From an uncultured Verrucomicrobiota bacterium (lineage in GTDB: Bacteria > Verrucomicrobiota > Kiritimatiellia > JAAZAB01): a stretch of 64,000 nt of DNA. The notes below the pieces were generated by a model. That model saw only the letters and a program-made list of their open reading frames with translations, had not been told where the DNA came from and made no database searches. Position numbers and translations under genes: made by a program. Positions within the stretch are counted from its first letter, which is position 1, and every line of letters starts with the position of its first letter. Location of the stretch: contig CAYXEK010000002.1 of assembly GCA_964463985.1 (NCBI GenBank), positions 26,468-90,467 on the forward strand, read 5' to 3'. Positions 60,102 through 64,000 of this stretch are shown in pieces.

Positions 60102-63100
60102 TCATGGCTCGAATTCCGTCGGCGCGGAGCCTTTTTCAAATTGTATGGCATCCAGCCATACCTTGTCCGCGCCTCGCGCGGAAATAATAAACCCGTTTAA
60201 CTCGCCCAGCCCGGGCGGAATGATGCCAACCATATGATACCGCCGCCATTCCGGCGCCGGAACGATGGTTTTACAAGGAAACACGCCCGCGCCGCAGCCG
60301 CCGAAGGTAAGTTCGACCCCGGGTCCGCCGCGCGCGTAAAACGACAGGGTGTATTCGGTCGGCTGGTAAACCTGCGGCGCCAGCTTGAACCGGATTTGCG
60401 TGTCGGGCGCCATTTGCAGGCAGGAACGGCCTTCAAACGGCTGGTTGGTGACGGCCGTCAGTTTGGCTTGCGGACCGCCCACGCGGTTCAGCAATCCGCC
60501 GGTATTCCAGAAACTGATATAATCCGGCCAGCCCGGCAGGGACTGATCCTCCAGGCCGGGATTGGGGAAAATATTCCTGCGCCCCACCCTCCCCTCATGG
60601 GTAAGCATGGGGGACTCCTTGAGCCCTTCTGCCGGATGGCTGACGGCGCGGACAACCACGGACGGCGGTTTTGCAACGTCAGATGCGGCGGGAACAAAGG
60701 CATAGACACGCACAGCTTGAGGTTCCAGGCGGTCATGAAACGCATCGCCGCTGAGATCGAATGTCCGTTTGGAAAACCATTGCTCCACCCGGGATACGCC
60801 GGCGAAGGCCGGGCCGCTGAAGTCGGCATCCACCGGGCAATCGCGGCTGTTGGCGCAGAGCAGCAAGTATCCGCCGGCCGGGTTGGTGAACAGCGCCGCC
60901 TGCACGTCGGGGAACCGGTAGTTTTCCGGGTCCATGACGCCCGGAGCGTACTCAATGACCGCCGGCGGGCGCGGGGCCAGCAACGCCGGCGCAAGTTGCC
61001 GGATTTGCCGTCCGAGTTCCGCCAGCGCCGCATAAGAAAGCTGGTGCCGGCAAGGCGCGACGTAATAAATCAACCCCCTGGCGCCGTGCATCAACGCCAG
61101 GTAGGTTTGCACGAACTGCTCCCGCGGCAGGATGGCCCGTTTGAAGGTGCGGCTCCAGAACTCCAGCATGGGCACAATGAACGCGACCTGGCGATTCTGG
61201 GCGGCGCGGCGGTCGGTCATGGCGGTGATTGCGGCCACGAAATTCGGATTGCCGCGCCGGCTGCCGCCGGCGGCGACAAAATACGGGTCCGTGCCCAGGA
61301 TATCGAACCAATCGGTCCATTCGGCTCCGTCCGGCACATGCGAGGAAAAATTGACAAAACTCGGATGATAGCCGTCCAACGCATTCACCCGCCGGTACAG
61401 ATCACGGCCGCGCTCGACCATGTTGATCCGGGGTTCCACCCGCGGCTCGTCCAGGCCGAAATAGCCGGCCAAGGCCGGATGATCCATGCCGGCGCGCGCA
61501 CCGGCCAGCATGGTCTGCATGGTTTGATCGTATGTTTCCGTGAATTTTACTACACGGGGATCATCCGCGGGAATGCCCGGGTGCGCCAGGCGCGGATCGT
61601 GTTCCTCCTTGAACCAGCAACTGCCGCCATGCACCACCTGGTACCCGGTGAGGAGATCAAAAACATAAATGCCATGCCTGGCGGCCAAATCCAGGAATGC
61701 CGCGGTTTTATCCGGCGTATTCCGCCAATCCCAGAGCTGAATGGCGTTCATGTTGGCGGCTGCCAGGTCGCGCAAGACCGCAGCCTGCCCGGCCGGCGGC
61801 CGGCTCAAAAGGCTGCCCCCATAAACCACGCCGAACGGCAGGAACGGCTGGCCGTTGTTGAGCAGCACGCGGTTAACCCGGTCAATTTTCCATTCCCGGC
61901 CGGGCTTCGGCGGCCGCTTGATCAATTCCACCTCGCACGCGGTCAGCAATTTACCGTCATGCCGCTCCAGCCTGACGGCAACGGCATGCGCGCCGTCTTT
62001 GATCCCGGCAAGATCGAGCGGCACAACCACTTTGGCCCCCAATTTACCGGCGCGGCCGAGCGGACGCCCATCCGGTCCCGCCGCCGTGATCCGCAGGTCC
62101 TTCCAGACGGCCGGGGGCAATCCCAGCGCGCAAATCGCGCGGGCTTCCGGCTCATCGGTGTAATACGAGCGGTCCAGGTAAACCGAGAAAATATCCAGCG
62201 CCTGCATGGCTTGCGGCAGCGGCGTTAATTCCTGCAAAATTTCGCCGGTACCGGCATCGCGCAGCAGCAGTCGGACGTTCCGCGCCGTGACGTCCGCGGC
62301 CGGCACCCGCACCGCCTCGGCCTGCATGACGGACCCGGTCAAGACTACTGCCTGCTCAACCATGTTAATCGCGCCGCCCACCGGGCGGTCTTCCACCGCC
62401 AGGACGACTTTCCCCGTTTGATGGTTGTAATTGGCGATATCCGCGCGGACCGCATAGGCATAACCCGCGCCATCATTGGCATAGCCGCTGATGGATACCC
62501 CGGCCAGGCGCGGGAAAAGCGCCGGCCGGACACCGGCCGACCCCAACCCGGCCAGACGGCCAAACCGTTCCGGCTCATGGAAAGAAGACAGCACCGGCGC
62601 CCAACTGCTGTATTCGTGTTCATCCGCCACGCGCACGTGATTGGGATCAATTACCGGGACAATGGTGTTGATGGTGAGGTTCATCCGCGCCTCGGCCGGA
62701 TCGCCGTAGCCGGCCAGGAAATCCAACGGGATCGCCGCTTCGGCCTGCCAGCCTTCCGGAGTCTGACGGGTGGCGGTGCGCCAGGGAATGACCATCGGTT
62801 CGGCCTCCTGCGCGCGGGAACGCAAGCGGGCGGCCGCCAGGTTGGCGCAGGTCAGCAGGTAGTGGAAATAAACCCGCCCCCCCGTGCCGGGATCAAGAAA
62901 GACTTCCACCGAATCGTCCGCATGCAGGCCATCCGTCGGTTTGACGGCGGTATGCTTCAACTTATCGGGCGCGGGATGGGCAATATCAAACGCCAGGTAA
63001 AGACAGGTTTCATCCCCGGCGGCCCTGGCGCAGTTGGCCATCATCGGCCGTTCCCGCACCTTGACGGCGCCCTGCTCGCTGCGAAACAGCACGCGTCCGG

Positions 63101-63305
63101 CAAAATTCGTGATGACCGCCGCGGCCGACCAGCAGGCATCCGTTAAAATGCCGTCAATCAACGGCGCAGTGGGGCAAACCGGGATATGCATTTCGGGAAT
63201 GGCCGCCGGCGCCGGTTCCGCGCGCAGGAGTTCCGGATTAATTCCATGGAACGCCGATCCCGCAGCCAGCATGATGGCGGCGTGCAACATGATTGTATTA
63301 CGCAT
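60102..63305 (-). CDS. Large secreted glycoside-hydrolase-like multidomain protein with CBM9/DOMON-like N-terminal and CBM-like C-terminal domains
   Basis: 1067-aa ORF with a signal peptide. The N-terminal PLIDGILTDACWSAAAV...LYLAFD pattern resembles a CBM9 family. The central region is TIM-barrel-like. The C-terminal beta-sandwich-like segment ends in FEKGSAPTEFEP. Family unassigned. Confidence 0.45.
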   Translation of the reverse strand: MRNTIMLHAAIMLAAGSAFHGINPELLRAEPAPAAIPEMHIPVCPTAPLIDGILTDACWSAAAVITNFAGRVLFRSEQGAVKVRERPMMANCARAAGDETCLYLAFDIAHPAPDKLKHTAVKPTDGLHADDSVEVFLDPGTGGRVYFHYLLTCANLAAARLRSRAQEAEPMVIPWRTATRQTPEGWQAEAAIPLDFLAGYGDPAEARMNLTINTIVPVIDPNHVRVADEHEYSSWAPVLSSFHEPERFGRLAGLGSAGVRPALFPRLAGVSISGYANDGAGYAYAVRADIANYNHQTGKVVLAVEDRPVGGAINMVEQAVVLTGSVMQAEAVRVPAADVTARNVRLLLRDAGTGEILQELTPLPQAMQALDIFSVYLDRSYYTDEPEARAICALGLPPAVWKDLRITAAGPDGRPLGRAGKLGAKVVVPLDLAGIKDGAHAVAVRLERHDGKLLTACEVELIKRPPKPGREWKIDRVNRVLLNNGQPFLPFGVVYGGSLLSRPPAGQAAVLRDLAAANMNAIQLWDWRNTPDKTAAFLDLAARHGIYVFDLLTGYQVVHGGSCWFKEEHDPRLAHPGIPADDPRVVKFTETYDQTMQTMLAGARAGMDHPALAGYFGLDEPRVEPRINMVERGRDLYRRVNALDGYHPSFVNFSSHVPDGAEWTDWFDILGTDPYFVAAGGSRRGNPNFVAAITAMTDRRAAQNRQVAFIVPMLEFWSRTFKRAILPREQFVQTYLALMHGARGLIYYVAPCRHQLSYAALAELGRQIRQLAPALLAPRPPAVIEYAPGVMDPENYRFPDVQAALFTNPAGGYLLLCANSRDCPVDADFSGPAFAGVSRVEQWFSKRTFDLSGDAFHDRLEPQAVRVYAFVPAASDVAKPPSVVVRAVSHPAEGLKESPMLTHEGRVGRRNIFPNPGLEDQSLPGWPDYISFWNTGGLLNRVGGPQAKLTAVTNQPFEGRSCLQMAPDTQIRFKLAPQVYQPTEYTLSFYARGGPGVELTFGGCGAGVFPCKTIVPAPEWRRYHMVGIIPPGLGELNGFIISARGADKVWLDAIQFEKGSAPTEFEP

Positions 63306-63344
63306 GGTTTATTTTCTCCTATGATTCTGGTTGGCGCAGGCGGT

Positions 63345-64000
63345 TCAGTTGGATGGTGCTTGCTTGATATAAATTATCCCTTTGGTGTTTTCCCAGGATG
63401 AGGTCGAAGATGGCAGGCACCCCAGCACATCCGCCGCCAGTAAATATCGGGCGCCATCCGGCGGCCTGCCGGGCAAGTCCAGCTTGTAAAACGGCGCCTG
63501 GGTGTGCAGTCGCGCCGCATAGCCTTGATGATCATCGCCGCTGATTGTGCGGCGGCGGCCGGCATGGTCCACCTCCTGCAACGTTACGCCGCGGATCAGC
63601 AGGGGAGTTCCGGCCGTTGCGCGGAACAGGAATATATACCGGCCGGCGCCGGTTGTCTGATCGGTGATGTCCCATTCCGCGTTTGCCCGGATAATCCGCG
63701 CCGCATCGCCGCCAAAACGGGCGGAATAGTATCCAGCGCCGGCGGCATCCGCCGGACGTTGCGCCTGGCCGGTCAACAGTTCCCGATTCCAACTGCCGGC
63801 CGGCTGCCATAAACCTGGCAGCAAATTCCGGGATGCCGGCGCCAGGTCTGCAAAATCACGGATGGTTGAGGCCGCCAGGCGTTCGGCATTCACCAGCGGA
63901 TCCAGCCAGCGTCCGCGCAGCGGCGCATCCTTGTCAGACAGGATGCCTTGTTGCGTTTGCGCCGCGGCGGTAATTTGCCCGGCCGCTGCGGCCAGACGCT
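63345..64000 (-). CDS. Hypothetical protein, 3' part only; the ORF continues past the window end
   Basis: The minus-strand frame stays open from 63345 to 64000 with no stop codon. No motif recognised. Confidence 0.35.
   Translation of the reverse strand, partial: RLAAAAGQITAAAQTQQGILSDKDAPLRGRWLDPLVNAERLAASTIRDFADLAPASRNLLPGLWQPAGSWNRELLTGQAQRPADAAGAGYYSARFGGDAARIIRANAEWDITDQTTGAGRYIFLFRATAGTPLLIRGVTLQEVDHAGRRRTISGDDHQGYAARLHTQAPFYKLDLPGRPPDGARYLLAADVLGCLPSSTSSWENTKGIIYIKQAPSN

Noticed and set aside
60197-60436. Small ORFs inside MITE copies and intergenic gaps (for example 50534-50833 +, 51027-51236 +, 59957-60151 -) as possible small proteins
   Set aside because: Their peptide similarity (EPISKVSDDVE...PPK...FLEGRV..RP) simply reflects translation of the repeated DNA element in the same frame. 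They have no RBS and cross element boundaries.

Overview
This 64-kb window is high-GC bacterial DNA (roughly 60-65% GC; gene content suggests a PVC-superphylum-like glycan degrader, but taxonomy is a guess). It is dominated by carbohydrate-active and sulfatase genes, with a short housekeeping block in the middle.

- 1-23.8 kb: a ~24-kb minus-strand gene array with only short gaps. It holds six amidohydrolase-2 genes, two DegT-type aminotransferases, a Gfo/Idh/MocA oxidoreductase, two C45-family hydrolase paralogs, a CE4-like deacetylase, GH20-like and GH42-like enzymes, and three secreted beta-helix proteins. A GntR-HTH/LacI-type regulator is transcribed divergently at 24 kb, across a promoter gap holding two palindromes.
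- 25-37.7 kb (plus strand): two sulfatases, a ~970-aa cytoplasmic GH-like protein, another beta-helix paralog, a HEAT-repeat protein and two tandem DUF4838 paralogs.
- 37.9-40.1 kb: a lower-GC 741-aa orphan gene.
- 40.2-47 kb (minus strand): gyrA, gyrB and prfC.
- 47.1-49.7 kb: a secreted metallophosphoesterase fused to FG-GAP repeats.
- 50.0-50.7 kb: a VapBC toxin-antitoxin pair with a palindromic operator over its RBS.
- 50.7-64 kb: a second Gfo/Idh/MocA gene, two GHL6-like paralogs, a fourth beta-helix paralog and a ~1070-aa secreted GH/CBM-like protein.

Non-coding structure not explained by the genes:
- a ~120-bp MITE-like palindromic element in 4 copies between genes at 50.8-60.1 kb, one abutting a start codon;
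- a ~122-bp REP-like element, tandemly duplicated at 22.4-22.7 kb with a diverged copy at 20.1 kb, sitting at intercistronic junctions of the long minus-strand array;
- a perfect 38-bp palindrome at 52.35 kb;
- CGAT-rich inverted repeats flanking one GHL6 gene;
- two sharply bounded 100%-identity tracts between diverged paralogs (C45 pair, 490 bp; DUF4838 tandem pair, ~940 bp), consistent with gene conversion.

No rRNA, tRNA, CRISPR array, integrase or transposase gene was seen. All functional assignments are from motif recognition by eye, not database searches.
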